A stretch of 52,007 bases of DNA from a virus (Duplodnaviria; Caudoviricetes), in the IMG/VR virus record IMGVR_UViG_3300042360_000367, positions 1 through 52,007 of that record; one strand, 5' to 3'. Below the pieces are notes generated by a model. The model searched no databases. It was not told the DNA's origin and worked only from the letters and a program-made list of their open reading frames with translations. Below, in pieces: positions 43,501 through 52,007 of this stretch; the first letter of the stretch is position 1, and each line of letters begins with the position of its first letter. The translations under genes and the position numbers were made by a program.

Positions 43501-46500
43501 GCCTTGGTGGCGACGCTCGGGCTGCGGCTGAAGACGGTGCCACGCCCACCGGCCAGCGTTTCCGCCACGGCCTGCAGGTCAACGCCGGCCAGGTCGTCCG
43601 CGCTGATGTAGCTCGAACCGTTTTCCTCGCGGAACGGGATGCCCGCATCGGTCAGGCGCTTGTAGATGGCCAGCGCATTGGTGCTGCGGATGCTCTCGGA
43701 CTGCCAGCCCATGCCGCGCTTCTGCGCGATGTTCAGCGCCTGCAGGTACATGGTGGTGGCGGCGCCAGTCCCGGCCGGGAAGCCTTCAGCGCCCACTTCC
43801 AGCGACGAGGTGTAGACCGTCGATCCGTCGTCGCGGTTGAACTCGCGCACGTTCAGCGCGGCCCACTGCTTGCCTTCCTCGCGCGAAAGCACGAAGTTGT
43901 CCCGCGTGCCGGTCACAGTCGTGGCTGGTGTGGTGTCGAAGTCGGCGAACTTGTAGCTGCTGGTGAGATCCCTCCAGGCCCGGTCAAGGTCGGCGCCGGC
44001 GGCTTGGTCGGCTCGGCTGAACCGAATGTCAGGGTCTGCCGGGTCGAACGTGCCGCGGTTGCCCACTGCGCTCTTGATCTGCTCGGGGCGGAAGGCGATG
44101 TAGTACCCCTTTTCCGGGTCATGGATGCCGTCGTGCTCCGGCCCAGGCTTTGCGGGCCAGATGGCCGGGTTCTGGATCGACAAGTACACCGGCATCACAT
44201 TGGGCGTCGAGGCGATGTCGCGGGCAACGCCGATCTTGTCCAGCACGCCCCAGGCGTTGCCGTTGGTCGCCAATTCGCGCGTCAGCGCCTCCGGCCCCTC
44301 CTGCGCCGCGCGCATCACGCTGCGCCAGCGGCTGGCGGTCCCCATGTCCTCGCGGGCATCGCGCAGCGCAGCCTTGGTGCCAAGCCGCTGCACCACCTTG
44401 CGGGCGTCAGCGGCCGTCAGCGGGCGGTCTAGCTGCCATCGCTGGTTCTGCCACGCGAACCCAGCGCCGTTGAACGATGCCGCCCACTCCAGCTCCTGGA
44501 AGGTGGGCAAGTCGCCGCGCGCATCTGCCGCGCCCAGGCCGCCAGCGACTTTTGGGTCAGCGGTGAAGTAGAAACCCTTTCCGTACCAGGCGCGGTCCGA
44601 CTGCTTGGCCGTGTCGAATGCATCGAAGCTCTCGCGGGTGCCATGATACACCACCAGCGGCTTGCCCTCGGCGTCCACCACCTTGCTTTCGCCGAACCAC
44701 TTGCGGAAGGCCTCGCTGGTGGTCTGCGCGGCCCGGCTGAACGCCGCTTCCCCCACCCGGAACAGCGGCCCGCCGGTGCGGCTCACGTCCTCGGCACGCT
44801 TCACCAGGGCCAGCACGTCAGCATCGGTCCACGTCTTGGGCTCGATGGCGTCGGCCACGCGAGTCCACTTCAGCGCGTAGAACACGTCGGCCAGCTTGCG
44901 CAGCGCCGCGCGCATCGCGGCCACCAGGCGCGGCACGCCCTTCAGTGCCAGCACGTCGGCCACCGGCATGTCGGCCAAGGCTTCTTCTGTCGCCAGCACC
45001 TTGGAGGTGGCCAAGCGATCCGCGATCTTCTTGTCGGCCAACTCGCGCACCGCCGCATTGGTCTGGTAAATGCTGAGAAGCATCAGCCCCCGGGCGTCGG
45101 GGTTCGGCATCAGGGACCGCAGGCCGTAGTGGCGCAGTTCATGGTGCGCCATGACAAACTGCAGGCGCTCCAGGCTGGCGATGTTGCCCGGGAAGATGAA
45201 CACCTCGCCCTCGTGGAAGGCGCCCTCCACGTCGGCACTCGCGCCAGCGCTGCGGATCTTGCTCAGCAGGCTTGCCGGGGCTTGGTCGACACGCTCCAGC
45301 AGGGTGATGCGCGGGGCCTTCGGCATCGCGCGCAGCAGGGCGTCGCGGGCCGCTTCGGCGTCGGCCATGGCCACACCGCGGCCAGCGCCGCGGCTGAAGA
45401 CGGCCGGCGCCTTTACCCCGTACTCGGCCATGACTTCGCCTGCGATCTGCATCACCCGGTCGTAGTCGGTCAGATACCGCTCGGTGCGCTTGCTGTACCC
45501 GACAGTGGCCTTGATGGTGTCGATCAGACTGCCGGCGATGCTGCCCACGCGCTGCAGCAGCGTTTTGTTCTTTGCGCCCAGCGCCTGCCAGAAACCGCGG
45601 TCCATGAAGCCATCGGACAGCACTTCACCGATGAACTCTTCGCGCTGCTTGTCGGCGTTGCCGGCGTTCTTGGCGACAGGGCTGTTGACGAACTCTGCAG
45701 CGTAGCGGCCTTGATCGACGTAGGGCCGGATGGCCTGCACGAGCTGGTCGTACAGGTCCGGCCGCTCAACGCGCAGCCGGTGGGCCAACTCGTGCCCCAA
45801 GACCGAAAGGTGCGGCCGGTCGTTGCCGGTCGCGCGCAGGAAGATCGTGCCGTTGACGTATGCGCCGTTGAAGAACCCGAAGGTCCGGCGCTGGTCGTCT
45901 AGAAGGTCGGGTCGAAGGTCGAACCCTTGGAACCGCTGGCCGAAGGCTTCTGCGATGCGTCCAAGTGCCTCATTTCCAGGAACGAGTCTTCCGACATATG
46001 GAAGAACTGAATCTGCTCCGGCCCCCCGTGCGACCTTGGCAACGGCACGGTTAAGCACCCCGATGTTCCGGGCTGCGTCTGCGGAGGTGTCTTCCTGGCT
46101 TCCATCCTGCGCAGTGTACTCACCATCGTTGGTGTTGAACATCGCCACGTTGCCAGCGTCGTCGGTGCGGGTCGAACCTTCCGGCTTGTCAATCACCACC
46201 ATCCGCGCGTTGGCGCCCGTGTTCACTGGCAACGTCGGGTCCATGAAACTGCCTTCGGCCAGCTTTTCCTCGGTGCCGCCCAGGCTCTCCAGCCACTCGC
46301 GGAACTCGGTCGCGCGCTTGTTCTGGTTGGTGAAGGCAGACTCGCCCATCAGGGCCACCAGCCGGCCGCCTGGCTTCAGCAGGTCGAAGGCGTGGCGAAC
46401 GTGCTGGATGTCCCGGCCTTCGCTGAAAGGCGGGTTCATCAGGATGCGGTCGTAGCCACCTTCCTTCAGCCCCAGGAAGTCCTGCGCCACCACATTGAAG

Positions 46501-49500
46501 CCCTTGGCCTCCAGCAGTTCGCGGCGGTCGCTCGACACCTCGCCCACGTCGGGCTCAACCTCCGCGGCCCGGATGCGCTCGGCAATGTGGCCCATGCCGG
46601 CGCTTGGTTCGAGCACTCGCATGCCGGGCTCGATGCCTGCGGCGGCCACCATCTCGTCGGCCGTGCCTTCTGGCGTCGGGAAAAAGTCCAGGCCGTCGTT
46701 GCGCCGGCCGACCATGGCCCGCTCAAGCTGCTTCACCTTGTCCGGTGCTGCAGCCTGCTCGCGCAGCCCGATGAACTCGCGCAGCGCGGCGCGGAACTCG
46801 GCAGGCGTCTCGATGCCCATGCGGGCCAGGGCCTTGCGGCGGTCGTAGGCGCTCTCAAACTGCCACGGCACCGACACCTTGGCGCCGCGGCGGTTGGCGC
46901 GGCCCATCTTCTCCACGAGCTCGGCGCCGAAGTCGGCATCCAGCGTGATGCGCTTGTCGCCGTCGCCAGTCCACAGCCCGCGGGCCATGGCTTCGCTCGG
47001 GCTCATGATGACGGTCCACTCGCCGCGCTTGATGCTCCAGGGAATCGCCTTCCCGCGGTAGCCGCTGCGCGCGATGGCGCGCTCTGCCGCGTCCTTGCTG
47101 GGCAGCACGACCCGGCCGCCGTCGTTTTTGCTGAACACGCCCACGCGGTAGAAATTGCCGGGCTCTTTTACCCAGGCCGTGAAGGCGTCCGACACGTCAT
47201 CGGCCACCCGCATGATCTGCTCGCCCAGCTTCTTGGTGCCATCCACCTCCAGCAGCTGACGGGCCAGCGATGCCAGGTCGGAACGGAACGCCGTGAAGGT
47301 CGGGAACTCGGCATAGTCGGCCGTCTCTGCGGTCGGCGGCTCGCCCTTGCGCTTCTCCTGTTCGGCGTAGCTCTCGTGCTTGGCGCGGATCTCGGCATCC
47401 TTGGCCGTGCGCACGTAGCCCTGCAGCAGTTCGACCTGCACCTTCTGGCGCACGCGGTCCAGAAACTTCGCGGTGCCCGCCTCGATGGCGCCGGCGATGT
47501 TGCGCATGGTCTTGGCCAAGGCCTTGTCGGACTGCGCCGCGGCCTCGGCGCTGGCAGCGAAGCCGGCGCGGCGCGCGGTGTTGGCCTTGCGTTCACGGCC
47601 CAGGCTCTCGTCGGCGCGTTCTTCCAGCCGATCGGCCATCTCGGTCAGGCGCTCGACGGCTGACTGGCTGCGGTCGTCTTGGAAGGCGTCGCGGCGCTCC
47701 TTGGCAGCCTCCACAGCGGCGGTGTTGTCACCACCGGCCAGGGTCACAAAAGCCTGCGCCTGCTCGCGCGTGGTGAACTGGAAGCCCGGGATCGCGCCGC
47801 CGCCGCGGTAGCTGCTGTAGTAACCACCGATGCGCTTGGCGCCGGCGTTGAGGGTGTCGTAGTCCTCGCGGCTGACGCGCTCGGCCAGGCGCACCACAAA
47901 CAGGTCCGTGCCTTTCTTGGTGTGCTTTGTGGCGATGATCTCGCCGTCGACCGTCTGCCCGGCCACGTTCACGCGCGTGCGCTGATCCTCGGCAGCGTTC
48001 TTGCGCCGGCTGCGCGTTTCGTCGGCCAGCATCAGGTCGAACTCGGCGCGCTGCTCAGGGGTGAGCATGGACAAGCGAACCTCGGTCGTGGTCTTGCCGT
48101 CCCGCGTGTGGTACGACATGAAACGGCGGTACTCGTCCAGCGTCTTCGGGTCTTTGATGGCTTCGGCCATCTTGCCCACCCGGGCTACAGCTTCTTCCTC
48201 GGCCGCCTTGCGCTCGGCTGCGTACTGCGCCAGCGCGTCAGCGTCGGTGGCCTCGACCATCTGGCGAACCGCCCGCTCCTGACTGCCTTCGCCCATGCCG
48301 TAGGAATAGCTGCGGCCCAGGCTGTACGTGGACAATCCCTCACGCCACAAAGCCTCCACCACCACGGGTTTGGTTTCGGACTTGTAGCGGTAGGCGAACA
48401 TGCTGCCGCCCATCTTCAACAGGTCGGCTTTCGTCTTGGTGGAAAGCTCCGCCATGATGGCGGCCTTGTTCGACCCCCAGGCATCGAAGCCGGCCTTGAA
48501 CTCTTCGGGCGTGGCTTGGCCTGCCGCGATGCGCTGCCACAAGTTGGCTTCGGCATCCAGGGCGCTGACGGGCGTGCTTGCGGCTTCAGGCTTGACGATT
48601 TCCACCGCCACCATGCCGCCCTCGCGCATGACGCTGCGCACGCCATCAAAGGTGCCCTTGAAGTCTTTTGGAACAGCCCTCCATTCCTCCATCGTCATCT
48701 TGATGGGTTCGCGCGCCGGGGCAACTGGCGGCGGGGCTTGGCGGGAAATAGCTTCCTCGCGCTTACTCTGGAATTGCTCGGCGGTTTCTCGCTCAACCTT
48801 GCTGGCCTGAAGTAGCAAGGCGTCGATGCGGTCTTTGTATTCCGCTGCCAGTTTCACGCTCTTGGCGTCCTCGCGCAGCTTCTCCAGTATCAAGCGAGCG
48901 TCAATGGAGTTCTTGTTCTCCAATCGGCTTTGGATGTTATTCAGGCTCTTCGTGATGCGCTCATGGTGTTGCTTGAACTCGTCGTACTCCATCGGATAGA
49001 GGTATCCAAAGTCAGTCCACAAGCCATCTACCGCAACGCGGCGTTCTGCCTGCGAAATGCCAGTGATGACGCCAACAGGCATTGGCAGGGTGGTGCCTAC
49101 TTTGACCTGCTGGCCTCGACGGAAAATCACCGGCCGCATTTGCCCGGTTGTCTCGTCAATGCGCTCCAGCGTGATCGTGTTGCGGTCGTTTCCAGCTTCT
49201 GCCGGCGCCTGCTCGGCCTCGGGTGCTGCGGCCGGCGCATCGGCGAACATATCGCCCATGCCGCTCATCTGGGTGTCGGCGTCCTGGCCCAGTTGGAAGT
49301 CGTCCACCGTGGCGTCGGCGCGGGCCTTCAGGTCGCGGGCCTCGGCTTCTTTGCGCAGGCGCTCCTGCTCAGCGGCGCGCGTGGCAGCGGCAGCGCGGGT
49401 GGCCGCTTCCTCGCGGTCGGCCTTGGCGCGCAGGTCTTCGGGGGTCTGCGCGGTCAGCAGATCCGCCTCGGCCGCCCGCTGCACCCGCTCAAACAAGACG

Positions 49501-52007
49501 CGGGCCACTTCTCCCAACTTGCGGAACTCGCCAGATTCCAGGATCGACGTTGGAAGTTCTTCAACCCAGGTGGCGGTGGCGCCGCCACTGCGCTGCGAAT
49601 GCTCGGCGTAGGCAACAGCACCCGGGCCAGCCGGGAACTCTTGCACTGTAACGATGTAGCGGCCGGTTGCCTGCCGTGCGTAGGTGGAAGACTGCTGGCG
49701 CTTGGTGACTTCGATCTCTACCGACTCGCGCGCAAGAAGTTTGGACGCACCACGGGAAAGCGTCAGCCCTTCGCCTGCGCCTTCTTGGCCCGGGTTGCCA
49801 GTAGCTTCCCGGTCATCTTCGCCACCTCGTCCCGTTGCGCCGGCGTCAGGTCTTTCAGCAGCGCCGCGGTCTTGGGTGAGAGCTTGCCGGATGGCGGCTT
49901 GGACTGCGGTTTCGTATTCATCGGCGCTTTGCCCTTCAGTGAGTCGCGCAGCATCCTCGCGGATACCCTCGGTGTCAATCCCGGCCAGTTCAGCCTCGGC
50001 CAGCAGCGCCTCGGTCGCGGCCTGCATCTCTGGCGTGGCGCGGTTGTAGCCCGAGCGCTCCAGTTCATCGGCGCTGAACTCGGCCAGTTCGTCTTCGCTC
50101 AGGCCATCGAATGCGGCTTCTTCGGCAGCGCGCTCGCGCTCCATGATGGCTTCTGTGCCCTGCTCGCTGTAGTGCTGGCGGAACCCGCCGAACTCTTCCT
50201 TAATGGCCGCGCGTAGCCAGCGCACGCCGCCGTCGCTGCGCACCTCGTCCAGCGGCACATAGCCGAGCTCGCGCAGGGTGTTGCGGGCCATCTCGTCCAG
50301 CGGACGCCCGGCCTGCGTGAACAGCATCTTGCCGCCGATGTTCTTGTTGCCTTCGCCGATGGTGTCGCTGCGCTCGCGCATGCTCAGGCCGCCCAGCTTG
50401 GCGATAGCCACCAGCAGAGAGTCGTTCTCCACGTCCACACCGCCACCGGACGCCAGGCGCCGGCCGTTGCGTTCTGCCGCGGCCATCTCCTTATCGGTGG
50501 CTTGGCGCAGGATGTAGCCGCCCTGCACCTTCTTCAGGCGCTGGGTGTTGCCGGCTTTGGCCGCCTCGGCGCCCTTGCGGGTCTTGAAGACCTTGGCCGG
50601 CGCAGCAGCAGGCGCAGCGTCCACGGGAGGCAGCCGCCCCCAATGCTTCTCTCGCACAAGGTAGCCGCCTTGGACCTTCATCGTCGCGCCGTCCAGCTTC
50701 AGCGCTTCCTCGCCCGTGATGCCCTTCACCACCACGCCGCGCAGAACCTTGCCCTTGCCGGTGGTGTGCTCGATGGCAGTGTAGCCGGCGGGCGGGGCGG
50801 GCGGGGCGGGCTGGGCCGGCGCTGGTGACGGGGCGGGAGCATTGCGGGCGGAATACTCGGCGGCCACCGCGGCGGGGACCGGCTTGCCTTCAGCCATTGC
50901 TGCACGCACCAGTCGTTCGTGCGTGGCTTGGGTGTCAGCGAGGTACGCCCCATCGTCCTTGCCGGCGTAGCTCTCATCCCAATGGGGGTTGCCGTTGGAC
51001 TGCTTGCCAAACTCGGTCGCGGTCATCCGCCACGGTTCAGCCTTGCCCGAGTCGGCTGACTGCGCCGCACGGTTCTCGGCTGGCACGCGCGGGTTCACCC
51101 CATCGGCTTCCACCTCACCGCCGGCTCGGGTTCCGGGAACACCGGCCGGGGCCTCTGCTGCTCCTGCGCCTGCTGCCGGCGCTGGTTCTTCTGCTCGCGG
51201 GGCTTCGGGGGCTTGGGGTTCGACTGCTGCATTGATGGGTGCATCGGCGCCGGCAGCTTCTGGTGCCCCTGAAGCGGACTGCGGCCCGGGCGCTTGCGCG
51301 ATAGAGCCGGCGGGCGTCGATGCGGTGTCGATTGTATTGACGGGCGCCTCGGGCTTGATAACCCAGCCCGTGCTCACGCGCGCCAGGCGGTAGCCGTCGC
51401 CGAGCTCCTTCAGGCGCTTGTTCGCGCCCACCTTGGCCGCCCAGGCTGCGCCCTTCGGGTTCAGGATGTCGGTGCTCTCGCGCGGCTCGAAGTCGGGCTG
51501 CTCGGGCATGCGTCCGGCGGCCTTGGTGTCGGCGTAGTCCTGCGCGCTCTGGCGCTCCATGTTTGCCAGCGCCGCGTCGGCGTCGATGGGCGGCAGGGTC
51601 AGTGCAGGCCCGGCAGCGCCTCCATCTCCAGCAGGGCCAGCTTCTCCGCTGCTGGGAACAGTTGCGGCGGCAGCGGGCTGAACTCCTCCGTCTGCATCAG
51701 GCAGTGGCCCCACAGCCACGCCGCTTCCCACAGCAGCAGGTGCCCCTGCATCACCGGCTCCAGCAGCCACTCCGGCAGTTTCTGCCACGTCAGGCTGTTC
51801 GACATCGGGCCTCTCCGTCGCTGCGTTGGTGCCTGCGGGCGCCAGCGCCGGCTCGATGCGGGTGCGCAGTTCCTGCACGCCCGTCTCGTCCACCGGCTGG
51901 CGGAAGAACCCGCGCTTGTTCAGCGCCTGCGTGACGCGGGCCAGGAAGCCCGGCACCTGCGCGGTGGGCATGGCGCCGGCCTGCTCGCGCACGCGCGCTG
52001 CGGCCTT
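40581..52007 (-). CDS. Giant polyvalent (DarB-like, probably injected) protein, 5' end beyond the window
   Basis: Frame open to the window edge (>3800 aa); N6A-MTase (FFPTP, LEPSAGMG, NPPF), two HExxH motifs, ART-like (VVYHGT..GFYFT..PVYL..QIKS), PLxRFG motif. Confidence 0.88.
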   Translation of the reverse strand, partial: KAAARVREQAGAMPTAQVPGFLARVTQALNKRGFFRQPVDETGVQELRTRIEPALAPAGTNAATERPDVEQPDVAETAGVAAGAGDAGAPAAVGSGVAVGPLPDADGGVQPAAAATVPSSGEAGPAGDGGAAGPALTLPPIDADAALANMERQSAQDYADTKAAGRMPEQPDFEPRESTDILNPKGAAWAAKVGANKRLKELGDGYRLARVSTGWVIKPEAPVNTIDTASTPAGSIAQAPGPQSASGAPEAAGADAPINAAVEPQAPEAPRAEEPAPAAGAGAAEAPAGVPGTRAGGEVEADGVNPRVPAENRAAQSADSGKAEPWRMTATEFGKQSNGNPHWDESYAGKDDGAYLADTQATHERLVRAAMAEGKPVPAAVAAEYSARNAPAPSPAPAQPAPPAPPAGYTAIEHTTGKGKVLRGVVVKGITGEEALKLDGATMKVQGGYLVREKHWGRLPPVDAAPAAAPAKVFKTRKGAEAAKAGNTQRLKKVQGGYILRQATDKEMAAAERNGRRLASGGGVDVENDSLLVAIAKLGGLSMRERSDTIGEGNKNIGGKMLFTQAGRPLDEMARNTLRELGYVPLDEVRSDGGVRWLRAAIKEEFGGFRQHYSEQGTEAIMERERAAEEAAFDGLSEDELAEFSADELERSGYNRATPEMQAATEALLAEAELAGIDTEGIREDAARLTEGQSADEYETAVQAAIRQALTQDRGAAERPDAGATGRGGEDDREATGNPGQEGAGEGLTLSRGASKLLARESVEIEVTKRQQSSTYARQATGRYIVTVQEFPAGPGAVAYAEHSQRSGGATATWVEELPTSILESGEFRKLGEVARVLFERVQRAAEADLLTAQTPEDLRAKADREEAATRAAAATRAAEQERLRKEAEARDLKARADATVDDFQLGQDADTQMSGMGDMFADAPAAAPEAEQAPAEAGNDRNTITLERIDETTGQMRPVIFRRGQQVKVGTTLPMPVGVITGISQAERRVAVDGLWTDFGYLYPMEYDEFKQHHERITKSLNNIQSRLENKNSIDARLILEKLREDAKSVKLAAEYKDRIDALLLQASKVERETAEQFQSKREEAISRQAPPPVAPAREPIKMTMEEWRAVPKDFKGTFDGVRSVMREGGMVAVEIVKPEAASTPVSALDAEANLWQRIAAGQATPEEFKAGFDAWGSNKAAIMAELSTKTKADLLKMGGSMFAYRYKSETKPVVVEALWREGLSTYSLGRSYSYGMGEGSQERAVRQMVEATDADALAQYAAERKAAEEEAVARVGKMAEAIKDPKTLDEYRRFMSYHTRDGKTTTEVRLSMLTPEQRAEFDLMLADETRSRRKNAAEDQRTRVNVAGQTVDGEIIATKHTKKGTDLFVVRLAERVSREDYDTLNAGAKRIGGYYSSYRGGGAIPGFQFTTREQAQAFVTLAGGDNTAAVEAAKERRDAFQDDRSQSAVERLTEMADRLEERADESLGRERKANTARRAGFAASAEAAAQSDKALAKTMRNIAGAIEAGTAKFLDRVRQKVQVELLQGYVRTAKDAEIRAKHESYAEQEKRKGEPPTAETADYAEFPTFTAFRSDLASLARQLLEVDGTKKLGEQIMRVADDVSDAFTAWVKEPGNFYRVGVFSKNDGGRVVLPSKDAAERAIARSGYRGKAIPWSIKRGEWTVIMSPSEAMARGLWTGDGDKRITLDADFGAELVEKMGRANRRGAKVSVPWQFESAYDRRKALARMGIETPAEFRAALREFIGLREQAAAPDKVKQLERAMVGRRNDGLDFFPTPEGTADEMVAAAGIEPGMRVLEPSAGMGHIAERIRAAEVEPDVGEVSSDRRELLEAKGFNVVAQDFLGLKEGGYDRILMNPPFSEGRDIQHVRHAFDLLKPGGRLVALMGESAFTNQNKRATEFREWLESLGGTEEKLAEGSFMDPTLPVNTGANARMVVIDKPEGSTRTDDAGNVAMFNTNDGEYTAQDGSQEDTSADAARNIGVLNRAVAKVARGAGADSVLPYVGRLVPGNEALGRIAEAFGQRFQGFDLRPDLLDDQRRTFGFFNGAYVNGTIFLRATGNDRPHLSVLGHELAHRLRVERPDLYDQLVQAIRPYVDQGRYAAEFVNSPVAKNAGNADKQREEFIGEVLSDGFMDRGFWQALGAKNKTLLQRVGSIAGSLIDTIKATVGYSKRTERYLTDYDRVMQIAGEVMAEYGVKAPAVFSRGAGRGVAMADAEAARDALLRAMPKAPRITLLERVDQAPASLLSKIRSAGASADVEGAFHEGEVFIFPGNIASLERLQFVMAHHELRHYGLRSLMPNPDARGLMLLSIYQTNAAVRELADKKIADRLATSKVLATEEALADMPVADVLALKGVPRLVAAMRAALRKLADVFYALKWTRVADAIEPKTWTDADVLALVKRAEDVSRTGGPLFRVGEAAFSRAAQTTSEAFRKWFGESKVVDAEGKPLVVYHGTRESFDAFDTAKQSDRAWYGKGFYFTADPKVAGGLGAADARGDLPTFQELEWAASFNGAGFAWQNQRWQLDRPLTAADARKVVQRLGTKAALRDAREDMGTASRWRSVMRAAQEGPEALTRELATNGNAWGVLDKIGVARDIASTPNVMPVYLSIQNPAIWPAKPGPEHDGIHDPEKGYYIAFRPEQIKSAVGNRGTFDPADPDIRFSRADQAAGADLDRAWRDLTSSYKFADFDTTPATTVTGTRDNFVLSREEGKQWAALNVREFNRDDGSTVYTSSLEVGAEGFPAGTGAATTMYLQALNIAQKRGMGWQSESIRSTNALAIYKRLTDAGIPFREENGSSYISADDLAGVDLQAVAETLAGGRGTVFSRSPSVATKALTAALSKPGAALRDVRLPAGYVVGDWFGNSLGRLHWWHKTVGTPYNLAERERSFRPVFESIQNFMDDISHYATEAANLAPSILPKLESITDILKAPLPPADVKALGAPVFEGTLGWGRDLDGKPVRMVDLEAQAAQLSAEDKAQEMLRRRLLNPRVLKMWQGLPLDQFEANVETRYRNEVLKPGVVWSDGELRKMFGLNPRQIALYREFRSATDKSLDDLTITTMLRVGGEEVADLREQVLAEPDLMTAAELIRDRLFDLAEQQPENADAMNARGNGIIDIADRVEDLKDRGYAPLSRFGQYTLDVVTPDGVRQFFGMYESRSERAKAVRLMRENFPDADIKQGTTSEEEFKLFAGVTPETLELFGDKLGLSDEVAKSSLFQKWLQVAKANRSGMKRLIHRKGVPGFSEDVGRVLASFIYSNARQASSNLHAGAAERAIEEIPQSKGQLKDYAVRLNEYVKNPQEEAQALRSVLFAQFLGGSIASAIVNATQPFMVTLPYLTQFGGVGKAGVRMAAALKDVGRREFPKDKGLTEALNRAAEDGIVAPQEVFFLQAQASGKAQLQSGDGTLLGNAGARVNNGISRLTLAWGKPFSFAELFNRRLTFIAAYRTAQEEGMSRPYEFAIKAVRETQFLYNKGNRPRWARGAVGALLFTFKTYSVSMVEHLARNAKTPQGRRALLAALVMIAVMAGLDGLPFMEDVEDVIDGVMQRVFDKNFSLRFERNQWIARQLIALVGEDLGQPVADFLAKGITGLPGAPFDVSGRLGLHNIIPGTGVFLKKDSYARDVADVAGAAGSFVARMFDAIGKAAEGRMKEALVLASPIAVQNAVKGGMMAQTGMYPDTRENMVVKTTMADAGFKAAGFQPKVVQKAQQVAGESARAVALVRQVETEIVTAMAKALARSDPAGLREALERLDSWNRKNPGSPIRITPSQVRERLKSMTTEKSVRLLKSAPREMRPGLAERFQQLEPQE
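51599..51805 (-). CDS. Candidate overprinted small gene inside the giant ORF
   Basis: GGAG 7 nt before the ATG; Trp/Leu-rich 68 aa over an Ala/Gly linker of the main frame. Confidence 0.45.
   Translation of the reverse strand: MSNSLTWQKLPEWLLEPVMQGHLLLWEAAWLWGHCLMQTEEFSPLPPQLFPAAEKLALLEMEALPGLH

Overview
This GC-rich window covers most of a temperate, podovirus-like phage genome, probably from a Betaproteobacterial (Burkholderiales-type) host (inference). It appears to be the excised or circularly permuted form, because an intact attP (3' half of tRNA-Arg(TCT) plus arm repeats) lies next to xis/int in mid-window. Left to right: (1) head and packaging genes on the minus strand (N4-gp56/DUF4043-like capsid, scaffold, portal, TerL, TerS); (2) three large Ig/cadherin/lyase-like virion genes; (3) a leftward early operon (ERF, YqaJ-like exonuclease, small genes); (4) a cI/cro switch with five GCAA-N6-TTGC operators; (5) a rightward operon (helicase, primase, NinB, two DNA methyltransferases, Ref-like nuclease, Q-like protein, xis, int); (6) attP; (7) a structured non-coding stretch; (8) the lysis cassette; (9) a >3800-aa polyvalent protein. 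The main finding is at 14330-18971: an integron-type gene-cassette array with 10 complete attC sites, one half attC and an attI-like site, but no integron integrase in the window. It forms the distal end of the early-left operon. Its genes run antisense to normal cassette polarity. Eight of 11 cassettes use the TTA right after the G|TT crossover as a stop codon, and four attC sites carry a ribosome-binding site and start codon for their own cassette. This suggests a phage-adapted 'inverted integron' shuffled in trans by a host IntI. All protein family assignments come from motif recognition by eye, not database searches.
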